The translations under genes and the position numbers were made by a program. Source: Actinomycetota bacterium (lineage in GTDB: Bacteria; Actinomycetota; Acidimicrobiia; Acidimicrobiales; CADCSY01). Taken from it: DNA of 64,000 nt. The DNA is taken from assembly GCA_016781135.1 (NCBI GenBank), contig JADDQY010000126.1, positions 1,861-65,860 on the forward strand, in the 5' to 3' direction. Positions 34,015 through 43,168 of this stretch are shown here, one piece after another. Within the stretch, counting starts at the first letter, position 1; every line of letters starts with the position of its first letter. Under the pieces are notes generated by a model that did no database searches, was not told the origin of the DNA, and was given only the letters and a program-made list of their open reading frames with translations.

Positions 34015-35493
34015 TCAGCCGCCCTCGTGGAGCTTGGTCAGGGCTACCCCGGCGAAAGCGCTCGAGACGTTGGTCCACAGGCCCACCTCTGCGGGGGGAA
34101 CCAGGTCGGGCGCGGGCTGAAGGGCCACGCCGTCGAGCTTCACGTCGAGGGCTCCCGGTGTGCGCCGCACCAGCAGCTGGTGGTACACGCCGGCGTCGAA
34201 GTCCTTCGTCAGCTGACCCAGCACTTTCTCGTGGGCAGCCCCTTGCTGCCGGCAGCGCCAGAGCACCCGTCGCCCTGGCGGGTCGACCAGCACCGCACTG
34301 TAGGTGCCGTCGTCCAGGTACGAGCTGAGGGCGCCGTAGACGGCGCCGCTCGGAGCGGGCTGGCGCACGGCGAGGTTGACCTCGAGGAGGTACGAGGACG
34401 GCGAGCGGAGGGTGACGAGGGCCGTGCCCGCCGTCCCGTCTCCGGTGTGAACCGCCTCGCCTCCGGTCACCTCCCAGCGCCCTCGCGTCCGCCACCGGGC
34501 CGGGTCGAGGCCGGTCCGGCGCTCGCCGTCGAAGAGGTCACGGAACGCAGGGACCGGGGGATGGGGCTGGGGGTCGACCCGAGGTCCGGGCGACGCCGGC
34601 TTTCCGTCCACCCACAACAGCCGGTCGGCGAACATGTAGCGCCCGCTGAGGGAGGGATCCCAGGCGTGGTACACGAGGTACTCGGTCACGTTGTCGGGGG
34701 CGACCACGATGCAAGCGTGACCGGGGCCGATGACGCTGCCGGGCGTCGTCCTCAGAAGCTCGGCGCCGTGGGGAGCGGCGACGGGCTCGTACGGCCCGAG
34801 CGGGTGGTCGGCCACCGCGCAGGTGACCCCGTAGTTGTCGGCCCGCCACGCGCCGCCGCTGTAGAAGCACCAGTACCTTCCCTCGTGCTTGCGGACGAAG
34901 GGCCCCTCGACGGTGAACCAGTCCCCCACCCGGTCGTACCAGTGCCGGTCGCGCTCGAAGATGTGCCATTCCGCATGTGGTCGCACCACGGTTGATCGAT
35001 CGCCGGCGAGACGGGACATGCCGAGTAGCCGGTCGACGACGATGCCGGTGCCGATCGGCTCACCCTCCAGGAAGTCGCGGCTGTAGAACAGGTACCACTC
35101 CCCGTCGTCGTCCCGGAACGGGTGGGCGTCGATGGTGAAGGGGTCGTCGGGGTCGAGGACGTCAGGAGGCTCGGCGAAGGGGCCGGTGGGAGAGGTCGCC
35201 GAAGCGACCCGCAGTTGGTGGCCCTCTCCCTCGGAACCTCCCGTCGAGTAGTAGAGGAAGAAGCGACCGTTGTCGTAGGCCACTTCCGGAGCCCAGTGGC
35301 ACCTGCTCGAAGGCGGGGCGCCCACGGCCACACCGGCCTGCTCCCAGTTGACGAGGTCCCGGGACCGCAGCACCGGGATCGCTCCCGTCGCCGGGGTGCC
35401 ATAGGCGTAGTACGAGCCGTTGAACTTCAATACGAAGGGATCGGCCAGCACCTGCGGATGCAACGGATTGCGGAAGGTGTCTCCCGGCGTCAT
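34015..35493 (-). CDS. Glycoside hydrolase family 43-like protein with C-terminal lectin-like domain
   Basis: 492 aa. N-terminal NPLHPQVLADPFVLKFNGSYYAYGT and repeated five-bladed-propeller-like blocks. Confidence 0.65.
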   Translation of the reverse strand: MTPGDTFRNPLHPQVLADPFVLKFNGSYYAYGTPATGAIPVLRSRDLVNWEQAGVAVGAPPSSRCHWAPEVAYDNGRFFLYYSTGGSEGEGHQLRVASATSPTGPFAEPPDVLDPDDPFTIDAHPFRDDDGEWYLFYSRDFLEGEPIGTGIVVDRLLGMSRLAGDRSTVVRPHAEWHIFERDRHWYDRVGDWFTVEGPFVRKHEGRYWCFYSGGAWRADNYGVTCAVADHPLGPYEPVAAPHGAELLRTTPGSVIGPGHACIVVAPDNVTEYLVYHAWDPSLSGRYMFADRLLWVDGKPASPGPRVDPQPHPPVPAFRDLFDGERRTGLDPARWRTRGRWEVTGGEAVHTGDGTAGTALVTLRSPSSYLLEVNLAVRQPAPSGAVYGALSSYLDDGTYSAVLVDPPGRRVLWRCRQQGAAHEKVLGQLTKDFDAGVYHQLLVRRTPGALDVKLDGVALQPAPDLVPPAEVGLWTNVSSAFAGVALTKLHEGG

Positions 35494-35684
35494 GGAGCCA
35501 ACGGTCGCCGGAAGCGTCGTTGAGCTCGAGCCTCACGCACCGGTGCGACCTCTCCTCGAATCCCCTCGACGGGTGCGATGAAGCGCACCTGGTCCGTTGT
35601 GGCTCCGGTTCGGTCTCGGCTCCGCTGCTGGTGCCAGCACGGCGGCACACGTCGCCGAGCCGAGCCGGCTGCCGTTCGTTGCCA

Positions 35685-36977
35685 TCACGCCGCCCCCCTC
35701 CGGGCCAGGTCTTCCACCAGCACGACACCCTGCTCGGGGCCGGGCATCAGCGCGATCTCCCGAGCCAGCCGCCGGGCCGCGTCCCGCCAGGCCGGCCCGT
35801 CGAGCAGGGCGGCCACCTCGCGCCGCACCGACTCCGGGGCCACCTCAGCGGGCAGCAGGCGGATCGCGGCGCCGACGGCCACGCAGCGGTCGGCGTTGCG
35901 GTACTGGTTCGCCCCCTGGGGCAGGACGAGCAGGGGCAGGCCGTGGGCCAGAGCGGCCAGCACGGTGCCCGATCCCCCGTGGGTCACGACCGCGTCGCAG
36001 CGGGGAAGGAGCAGCGACTGGGGGATGTAGCGCTCGACGTGCACGTTGGCCGGCTGACACCCCAGCTCGGCTGGATGTCGATCCGGGCCCACGGTCACCA
36101 CGAGGTTGAGGTCGTCGTCGCGCAAGCCCTCGACCACCGCCTCGATGACGCCGGGGGCGTGGTTGTCGACGGTGCCCAGGGTGACGTAGATGGTCGGTCG
36201 CGGCGGCAGCCCGTCGACCCACGTCGGCAGGGCCTCGCCGGCGCCGGCGTCGAAGGGGACGGGGCGCAGCGGGCGGCCCACCTCCCCGATCTGGTCGATG
36301 TCGGCGTGCTGGAGGCTCGGCGGGCAGATGTCGAGGTAGAGGTGCCGGAACATGCCGCCGAGAGGCCCGGGCTCCACGTTCCACTCCGCCCACAGGGGGG
36401 CGACGAGACGCCCGGCCGAGCGGGACAGCTCGAGGGGAAAGATGGGGCCGAGGCTGTGCGCCGCCCACGGCGTGTGGGTGGAGGCTGCGGCGACGGGCCC
36501 GGCAAAGTCGGTGACGTCGTGAACGACGAGATCCGGACGCCACCGCCGGATCAGCGCGACCAGGTCGGGGACCTTGGCCGGGGCGGCGACGGCGGCGAAC
36601 ATGTGGGCGCCGAACCTCCAGCCGTCGTCCGGCTCGAGGGGGGCCGCTCCAGGCGCCCGCAGGGCGGCCGCCATGACCTCGCCCCGTCCGAGCCCCGCCG
36701 GAAAGGCGGTGAAGCCGACCCTGGCCACCCGCTGGCAGAAGCGGTTGGCGGTGGCGAAGGCCACGTCGTGTCCGGCCGCCTCCAGCGCCCGAGCGAGCGG
36801 CACCATCGGGTGGAGGTGCCCGTGGCCGGGAACGCAGGTGAACAGGAACCGCACGGGGTGCAACCTAAGCGCTCGCCATCCCCGCCCCCCCCGGACCGCC
36901 ACGTCCGCCCCAGCTGCGCCCCCGCCCGCCCGTTCCACTGCACCGACCATGGTCGCCCCCGTCGTGGCCGCGTACAA
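35685..36977 (-). CDS. GT1-family (MGT/UDP-glycosyltransferase-like) glycosyltransferase
   Basis: FLFTCVPGHGHLHPMVPLARAL and THGGSGTVLAALAHGLPLLVLPQGANQ motifs. The true start is probably the GTG at 36854 (VRFLFT...). Confidence 0.8.
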   Translation of the reverse strand: MYAATTGATMVGAVERAGGGAAGADVAVRGGRGWRALRLHPVRFLFTCVPGHGHLHPMVPLARALEAAGHDVAFATANRFCQRVARVGFTAFPAGLGRGEVMAAALRAPGAAPLEPDDGWRFGAHMFAAVAAPAKVPDLVALIRRWRPDLVVHDVTDFAGPVAAASTHTPWAAHSLGPIFPLELSRSAGRLVAPLWAEWNVEPGPLGGMFRHLYLDICPPSLQHADIDQIGEVGRPLRPVPFDAGAGEALPTWVDGLPPRPTIYVTLGTVDNHAPGVIEAVVEGLRDDDLNLVVTVGPDRHPAELGCQPANVHVERYIPQSLLLPRCDAVVTHGGSGTVLAALAHGLPLLVLPQGANQYRNADRCVAVGAAIRLLPAEVAPESVRREVAALLDGPAWRDAARRLAREIALMPGPEQGVVLVEDLARRGAA

Positions 36978-37035
36978 TCACGCGCCGCTGCACGGTGGGG
37001 GCATGTGGGCGGCGAGGATGTGCCGGGGGTGCTCA

Positions 37036-37293
37036 GTGGGCCTGAACCATGACGGTGAGATCGCCGTGCCGCCCGACCGGGGGCGGGAGGAGGTGTTCCT
37101 GGTGGTGGTGAACCACGAGGGGCAGCACTCGATCTGGCCGTCGCGGCGCCCGCTCCCGGCGGGCTGGACCGAGACCGACGCCCGCGGCGACCCGGAGGAG
37201 TGCCTGGCCCACATCGAGCGAACCTGGACCGACATGCGCCCGCTCAGCCTTTGTCGGCGGATGGAGGCCGGCACCCCAGACGTGGGATTGTGA
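37036..37293 (+). CDS. MbtH-like protein
   Basis: FLVVVNHEGQHSIWPSRRPLPAGW...CLAHIERTWTDMRPLSL is the MbtH signature. The start (GTG at 37036 or 37066) is uncertain. Confidence 0.8.
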   Translation: MGLNHDGEIAVPPDRGREEVFLVVVNHEGQHSIWPSRRPLPAGWTETDARGDPEECLAHIERTWTDMRPLSLCRRMEAGTPDVGL

Positions 37294-37308
37294 CGGACCG
37301 ACGGGGGC

Positions 37309-38331
37309 GTGGCTGCTGAGCGGATCGTCGAGGTCGAGCGCCTGCTGGGCGAGGCGCTGGCCCGACGAGGGGTCCACGGGGCCGACGCCGACTTCGTGGT
37401 GGCCGACCTCGTCTCCGCCCAGCTCGAGGGCAAGGCGACCCACGGCGTCGCCAAGATCCTCCTCATCGACTCGGCCCTCCGGGAGCGCCAGGGCGAACCG
37501 GTCGTCCGACAGCGTCGTGGCGGGATGGCGTCGGTCGACGGGCGCCGCCAGATCGGGCAGCTGGCGGGACGGTTCTGCGCGCGCCTGGCGATCGAGCTGG
37601 CCACCGAGGCGGGGACGGGCCTGGTGGCGCTCACCAACGCCGCACGCTTCGGTCGCCTCGCGCCCTACGGCCGCCTGATCGCCGACCACGGCCTGGTCGC
37701 CTTTGTCACCAACAACGCCGGCCCGCCGGTGGTGGTGCCGTTCGGATCGAACGATCCCGTCCTTGGCACCAACCCCGTCTGCTTCGCCTTCCCCGGGCGC
37801 CGGGCCAGCGTGGTGGTCGACCTCAGCACCGCCGAGCGGGTCTGGGGCGAGGTCCGGGGGGCGGTGCTCGAGGGCCGCCCCCTGCCGCCGGGGGCGTTCC
37901 TCGACGGGGACGGGCGCCCGACTCGCGATGCCCACTCGGTGGCGTCGGTGCTGGCCTTCGGCGGCCACAAGGGCTCGGCCCTGTGCCTGGCGCTGGAACT
38001 GCTGGCGGGGACGCTGACCGGCGCCAAGATGGGCCTCGAGGTGACCGGCGAGTACGACCTCGGGGCGGTGTTCCTCGCCGTCGACCCTGGCGCCCTCGTG
38101 CCGGGAGGCGACCCGGGGGCGGCGGCGGAGCGGCTGGTCGACTCGGTCAGGTCCAGCCGGCCGGCACCGGGCCACGACGCCGTCCTCGTCCCCGGTGATC
38201 GGACAGCCACCCGGCGGGAGGCCGCCCTGGCTGCGGGAGTGGTCGAGGTGGACCCGGTCACCATGGCCGGGCTGCGGCGGATGGCCGCCTCCGACGAGGG
38301 TGGGCTCGAACCGTCCGGCCGGCTCAACTGA
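37309..38331 (+). CDS. Ldh_2-family (malate/L-lactate/DpkA-type) NAD(P)H-dependent oxidoreductase
   Basis: 340 aa. LEGKATHGVAKILLI and overall Ldh_2 pattern. Confidence 0.65.
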   Translation: MAAERIVEVERLLGEALARRGVHGADADFVVADLVSAQLEGKATHGVAKILLIDSALRERQGEPVVRQRRGGMASVDGRRQIGQLAGRFCARLAIELATEAGTGLVALTNAARFGRLAPYGRLIADHGLVAFVTNNAGPPVVVPFGSNDPVLGTNPVCFAFPGRRASVVVDLSTAERVWGEVRGAVLEGRPLPPGAFLDGDGRPTRDAHSVASVLAFGGHKGSALCLALELLAGTLTGAKMGLEVTGEYDLGAVFLAVDPGALVPGGDPGAAAERLVDSVRSSRPAPGHDAVLVPGDRTATRREAALAAGVVEVDPVTMAGLRRMAASDEGGLEPSGRLN

Positions 38332-38368
38332 GATCGCCGACCGGCGGCGTTGGGGCGACGGCCGCGGC

Positions 38369-39580
38369 TCAACTCAGGGCCGGGACCACCGGGCGGTCGC
38401 CGAGCTCGTCGCAGAGCTCCACCATCTTGTCCATGGCGCGGCGGACCAGCTCGGGGTCGCGGGCCAGGGCGACACGCACGAAGTGATCGTGGCCGGGCTG
38501 GAGTGCACCCGAGGGCGCCAGCGGGTGGAAGAAGTCGGAGCCGTCGATCACCCCGACCTCCTTGTCGGCCAGGAGCATGTCGGCGAAGACCGGCGCCGTC
38601 AGGCCGGCGGGGGTGACGTCGAGGAGCACCAGGCTGCCGGCGTCGGGAGAGGAGGCCTCGAGGGGAAGGTCGACGCAGGCCTGCCTCACCACCTCGAGGT
38701 TGGTGGCGACGAGCTCGGAAAGGTGGTCGAACCAACGGTTGGCTTCGGCGGCGTCGAGGATGGCCCGGAACAAAAGCTTCTGGCGCCTGGAGACGTCGGA
38801 CTGGAGGACGTTGACTCGCTCGCCGACCGAGGACCGCACCTCCGGGCTGCAGAACGCGAACCCGAGCTTCTCGTGGTTGAGCCCGAAGGTCTTGCCGGTG
38901 TCCCAGAGCATGACCCACCTGAGCCCGGGGGGCGCGGCGTCGGCCAGGACCGGGACGTCGATGCCGGCGGGATCGACCAGGGCAAAGCACTGGTCGAGCA
39001 CGAGGGTGACGCCGTGCTCCAAGGCCAGCGCCACCAGGGCTTCCAGCTGGGGGGCAGCGACGACGTTGCCGCTCGGGTTGTCAGGGCTGGAGAGCACGAT
39101 GCAGCGGGTGTCGGCGCGGAGCGACGCCGCCAGCGCGTCGACGTCGAGGTCGAAGCCCGGCGCTTTCGCCGGCACGTACACCGGCTCCACCCCGGAGTGC
39201 TCGCTGAGCATGGCCGTCACCATGTCGACCCCAGGGGTGGTGGTGACGACGGAGCCTCCTCCTCCGAGCTGGCTGACGAGCACCCGGTCGAGGGCGACGC
39301 TGCCGGAGAAGGTGACGAACCCGTTGGCGGCGTGTCGTTGATCGATCCGCAGGCAGCGGCACGCCGCTTCGAGCAGTTCGCCGTCGCACGCCGCCTGCGA
39401 GAGCTTCGACGGAACCGAATAGGCAAGGTCGGGGTCGACTCCGGTGGCGAGGACCTCGCGCAGCCACGCCGGGAGGGCGACCTGGGGATAGCCCAGCCCG
39501 AGATCGATCTCGGCGCTACGGGCGATGGCAAGGCCGTGGCCGGTGAGCGTTGACGCCACCGGTCTGCTCGGGTGCCCCAC
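38369..39580 (-). CDS. PLP-dependent aminotransferase (class I/II fold)
   Basis: 403 aa. LSSPDNPSGNVV and WDTGKTFGLNHEKLGF (candidate PLP lysine). Confidence 0.7.
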   Translation of the reverse strand: MGHPSRPVASTLTGHGLAIARSAEIDLGLGYPQVALPAWLREVLATGVDPDLAYSVPSKLSQAACDGELLEAACRCLRIDQRHAANGFVTFSGSVALDRVLVSQLGGGGSVVTTTPGVDMVTAMLSEHSGVEPVYVPAKAPGFDLDVDALAASLRADTRCIVLSSPDNPSGNVVAAPQLEALVALALEHGVTLVLDQCFALVDPAGIDVPVLADAAPPGLRWVMLWDTGKTFGLNHEKLGFAFCSPEVRSSVGERVNVLQSDVSRRQKLLFRAILDAAEANRWFDHLSELVATNLEVVRQACVDLPLEASSPDAGSLVLLDVTPAGLTAPVFADMLLADKEVGVIDGSDFFHPLAPSGALQPGHDHFVRVALARDPELVRRAMDKMVELCDELGDRPVVPALS

Positions 39581-39583
39581 TGG

Positions 39584-42500
39584 CTACGCCCCGGTGCCGA
39601 CCGGCAGCTCCGACAGCCTGAGCCGGGGGTCCACGGCGATGGCCGAGAAGACCGCGCCCAGACCGTCGCAGAGTCGGGCCACCGTCGTGTCGTCGTAGAA
39701 GTCCTGCTTGTAGCTGAACCATCCCGAGAGGCGGCGGCCCTCGTCGAGGAAGGTGAGGCTGAGCGGGTGGAGCTGCCCCCGGAAGAACACCTCGTCCAGC
39801 CCGCCTCCGCCTGCTCGCCGCACCACCGCCGACCCGGGCGCGGTCTCACCGGCCGACACGTGGAAGTACAACAGCTCGACGGGCAGCGCTGACGCCAGCC
39901 GGACGGGGTCGGCGGGCCCGGGGAAGTCGGGGAACAGGGCATCGCGGATCCTCAGGAAGGGGACGTCCTGGTGCTCGAAGAGGCCGAGGATCGCATCTCG
40001 GGCCCGCCGGACGATCATCTCGAACGTCGGGTCGCCGGCGACCGACGTGCGGATCCGTCCCACGCCGGCGAACATGCCGATGACCCGGTCGACCTCCTGG
40101 TGGTGGCGCCCACTGGTGGTGGTGCTGAGGACCACGTCGGTCAGGCCGCCGGCCCGGCTGAACAGCGCCTGGGCCGCTGCCGTGCAGATCACGAAGCTGC
40201 TGGCGCTGGCCCTCCGGGCCAGCCGGCGCACGGCTTCGGTGGTCGGGGAGGAAAGGCTGAACGGCCGGCGCTCGACCCGCCGCCCCAGGCAGGCCGGGAG
40301 CCGGTCGAACGGTACGCAGGGGCCCAGAGGCATGTCCTGGAGCGCACGGCGCCAGTAGTCGAGCTGTGCCGCCAGCCTGTCCTCGGTCATCCACCGCCGC
40401 TGCCACAGGGCGACGTCGGCGTACTGGACCGGCAGGGGAGCCAGCCGGGGCGTGTCGCCCCGGACGAGCGCCTGATACACGACGCCGAGCTCCTCCAAGA
40501 AGATGTACGCCGACGTCAGGTCGCAGACGAGGTGGTCAAAGGTGACCACCAGCTCGCTGACGTCGTCTCCGAGGTGGTACAGGCAGGCGCGGAACAGCGG
40601 GGCCGTGGCCAGGTCGAAGGGTCGGGCGTCCTGCTCGGCGATCCGGCGGTGGAGCTCGGTTTCACGGTCCTGCTGCGGCACCGCGGTGAGGTCGGACACC
40701 GACATCCCCAGGGGGACCGAGGCGGCGACCGACTGGAACACCTCCCCCGAACCGGTGGAGAACCAGGTGCGCAGGCTCTCGTGGCGGTCGACCAGGTGAG
40801 CGAGGGCGGCCTCCAACACCTTCACCTCGACGGGAGCGGTGAGGCGGCGGTGGACGGTGAGGTTGTAGAGGCCTCGCACCGACGCCCTGGCCTCGAGGGC
40901 CAGCATCTGCTCCTGGGCCAGCGAGACAGGAACAGGGGCTCCCGGCCGGCGGTCCTGGCGGCTCAGCGGCGGGACCGCAGCGCGGGCGCCGTCCCAGGCG
41001 TCCAGGCGGGCGGCCAGGGCGGCCACGGTGGGTGCCTCGAAGATGAGGGGCACGGGAATGGCCCAACCGAGGGCGCCGCGCAGGCGGGCGATCACCTGGG
41101 TGGCCAGCAGGGAATGCCCGCCGAGGTCTAAGAAGTTGTCGTCGACCCCCACGTCGTCCACACCGAGGACCTGGGCCCACACGCCGGCGACGGTGCGCTC
41201 GGTCGCCGTTCGCAGGCGCGACGGCGATGGAGCCGAGGCCGGCGCCGTGGCCTCCGGGGCAGGGAGGGCCTCGACGTCGACCTTGCCGTTGGCGGTGAGT
41301 GGGAAGGCCTCGAGGGTCACGAAGGCGACCGGCACCATGTAGTCGGGAAGGCGGGCGGAGAGGAAGCGCCGTAGCTCGCCTGTCGTCGCCGTCACCGCTC
41401 CCGCTGCCGTCAGATAGGCGACCAGACGGCGGTCGCCGGGCCGGTCCTCGCGCACCACGACCAGGGCCTGGGCCACCTGGGGGTGGGCCCGAAGCGCGCT
41501 CTCGACCTCGTCGCGCTCGATCCGGAAGCCTCTGATCTTGACCTGACGGTCCTGGCGCCCGACGAAGGAGATGTTGCCGTCGGGTAGGCACCGAACGAGG
41601 TCGCCCGTGCGGTACAGGCGGGCCCCGGGGACGGTGGAGAACGGATCGGGGACGAAGCGCTGCGCGGTCAGGGCCGGGCGGTCGAGGTAGCCCCGGGCGA
41701 GTCCCGGACCGCCCACGTGGAGCTCGCCCACCTCGCCGGCAGCCACAGGGTCACCAGCGGCGTCGAGGATGTGAGCGGTGGCGTCGGCGATCGGCCGCCC
41801 GATGGGTGGGTCGCACTCGGCGTCGCCGAGGGTCGGCGGGTCGGCCCGCTCGTAGACCGTCGCCAGGTGACTCACCTCGGCCGAGCCGAAGACGTTCATC
41901 CAGCGGGCGCCCACCCCTCCCACCCGCGCCCATTGGCGCAGGGCCGAGGCCAGAGCGCGGTCGCCGCCGACGACGACCAGGCGCACGCTCCCAGGCACCG
42001 TCAGCCCCGTGTTCTCCAGGTCGTGGGCCCACTCCTGCCAGTAGCCGGTGGGTAGGTTCAGGACTGACACCTGCCTCGCGCAGAGCCACTCCGTCCAGGC
42101 CGGGCCCAGGAGCGGGATGTCCTCGGGGCGCAGCACGACCGTCCCCCCGGCCGCCCAGGTGGCGAACAGCTCCTCCACGCTGACGCCGAAGCTGATCGAG
42201 CAGAACTGCAGCACCCGGTCCTGCGGTCCGAGTCCGTAGCGCTGGGCAGCGACGAGGGTGTTGTGCACGACACCTCGGTGGGCCAGCATCACCCCCTTGG
42301 GCCGGCCCGTCGAGCCGGAGGTGTAGAACAGGTAGGCGAGGTTGTCGGGTGAAGCCGTGGCCGCCAGAGGCCCGGAGGGCTGGCGGGCGAGGTCAGCCCC
42401 GTCGGCGTCCAGGTGCACGAGATGTGGTCCCGGGGGGATCCGTCCCACCAGCGCCTGTTGGGTGACGATGACGGGGGCAGCGGTGTCGGCGACCATGAAG

Positions 42501-42811
42501 GCCAGGCGCTCGGCGGGGTAGGAGGGATCGAGGGGGACGCAGGCTCCCCCGGCCTTGAGGATGCCCACGGCGCCCACGACCAGGTCGAGCGAGCGCTGCA
42601 CCAGGAGACCGACGGGCACCTCGGGGCCGACGCCACTGCGTCGGAGGCGGTGAGCCAGCCGGTTGGCCCGCACGTCGAGGTCGCCGTAGCTGAGGGCTAG
42701 GTTGCCCCACTCCACCGCCACCGCACGAGGCGCCCGCCTCGCGTGGACCTCGAACAGCCCGGCCATCGTCAGCTCGCCCATGGCTGTGTCGGTCGTCGTC
42801 AGCTCGAGCAA
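39584..42811 (-). CDS. Non-ribosomal peptide synthetase, A-T-C
   Basis: 1075 aa. A3 LAYLFYTSGSTGRPKG, A7 YRTGDLVR, A8 GRQDRQVKIRGFRIE, A10 PLTANGKVD, T domain FLDLGGHSLLA, C-domain His motif FDHLVCDLTS. Confidence 0.9.
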   Translation of the reverse strand: MLELTTTDTAMGELTMAGLFEVHARRAPRAVAVEWGNLALSYGDLDVRANRLAHRLRRSGVGPEVPVGLLVQRSLDLVVGAVGILKAGGACVPLDPSYPAERLAFMVADTAAPVIVTQQALVGRIPPGPHLVHLDADGADLARQPSGPLAATASPDNLAYLFYTSGSTGRPKGVMLAHRGVVHNTLVAAQRYGLGPQDRVLQFCSISFGVSVEELFATWAAGGTVVLRPEDIPLLGPAWTEWLCARQVSVLNLPTGYWQEWAHDLENTGLTVPGSVRLVVVGGDRALASALRQWARVGGVGARWMNVFGSAEVSHLATVYERADPPTLGDAECDPPIGRPIADATAHILDAAGDPVAAGEVGELHVGGPGLARGYLDRPALTAQRFVPDPFSTVPGARLYRTGDLVRCLPDGNISFVGRQDRQVKIRGFRIERDEVESALRAHPQVAQALVVVREDRPGDRRLVAYLTAAGAVTATTGELRRFLSARLPDYMVPVAFVTLEAFPLTANGKVDVEALPAPEATAPASAPSPSRLRTATERTVAGVWAQVLGVDDVGVDDNFLDLGGHSLLATQVIARLRGALGWAIPVPLIFEAPTVAALAARLDAWDGARAAVPPLSRQDRRPGAPVPVSLAQEQMLALEARASVRGLYNLTVHRRLTAPVEVKVLEAALAHLVDRHESLRTWFSTGSGEVFQSVAASVPLGMSVSDLTAVPQQDRETELHRRIAEQDARPFDLATAPLFRACLYHLGDDVSELVVTFDHLVCDLTSAYIFLEELGVVYQALVRGDTPRLAPLPVQYADVALWQRRWMTEDRLAAQLDYWRRALQDMPLGPCVPFDRLPACLGRRVERRPFSLSSPTTEAVRRLARRASASSFVICTAAAQALFSRAGGLTDVVLSTTTSGRHHQEVDRVIGMFAGVGRIRTSVAGDPTFEMIVRRARDAILGLFEHQDVPFLRIRDALFPDFPGPADPVRLASALPVELLYFHVSAGETAPGSAVVRRAGGGGLDEVFFRGQLHPLSLTFLDEGRRLSGWFSYKQDFYDDTTVARLCDGLGAVFSAIAVDPRLRLSELPVGTGA

Positions 42812-43168
42812 CGCCCGGCCCGTCTCCTCGGGAGCAGTCTCATAGGGCAGGGACAGGGCGGGGCCGACCTCCCGTCACGACCATGTCGAGGTCAGCGGCC
42901 GGGGGGGACGACGACGCTGGGCACAGATGCGAACCGCACGATGGTGACATCCGGACTGCCCCCCCTTCTGGTGACCTGGGAGCGTAGCTCGCTCTTCGAA
43001 GCGCAGACCTATGGTCCGCTTTCGAGCGACCGCAGCCTTGCAATACGTGAAGGTGAGCGGTAGTAGTACGCACATGCCGCTCGGTGTGCCGGTGCCAGGA
43101 GCGCCGGCGAGCGCCACGACGACGGCCTGCGACGTCGTCACGCCCCCCGGGCACGAGAGCGCCACGCG

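Noticed and set aside
35520-37052. 510-aa plus-strand ORF antisense to the GT1 gene. Similar long antisense or out-of-frame ORFs occur at 31392-32636, 37665-38990, 38195-39553, 52470-54257 and 55891-57432.
   Set aside because: Each overlaps a gene with clear family motifs on the other strand or frame and is itself Arg/Pro/Gly-rich with no recognisable domain.
43038-43066. Sigma70-like promoter TTGCAA-N17-TAGTAG upstream of the C-ABC fusion gene
   Set aside because: Only 4/6 and 3/6 matches to the consensus hexamers, with no experimental anchor. Not reported as a feature.
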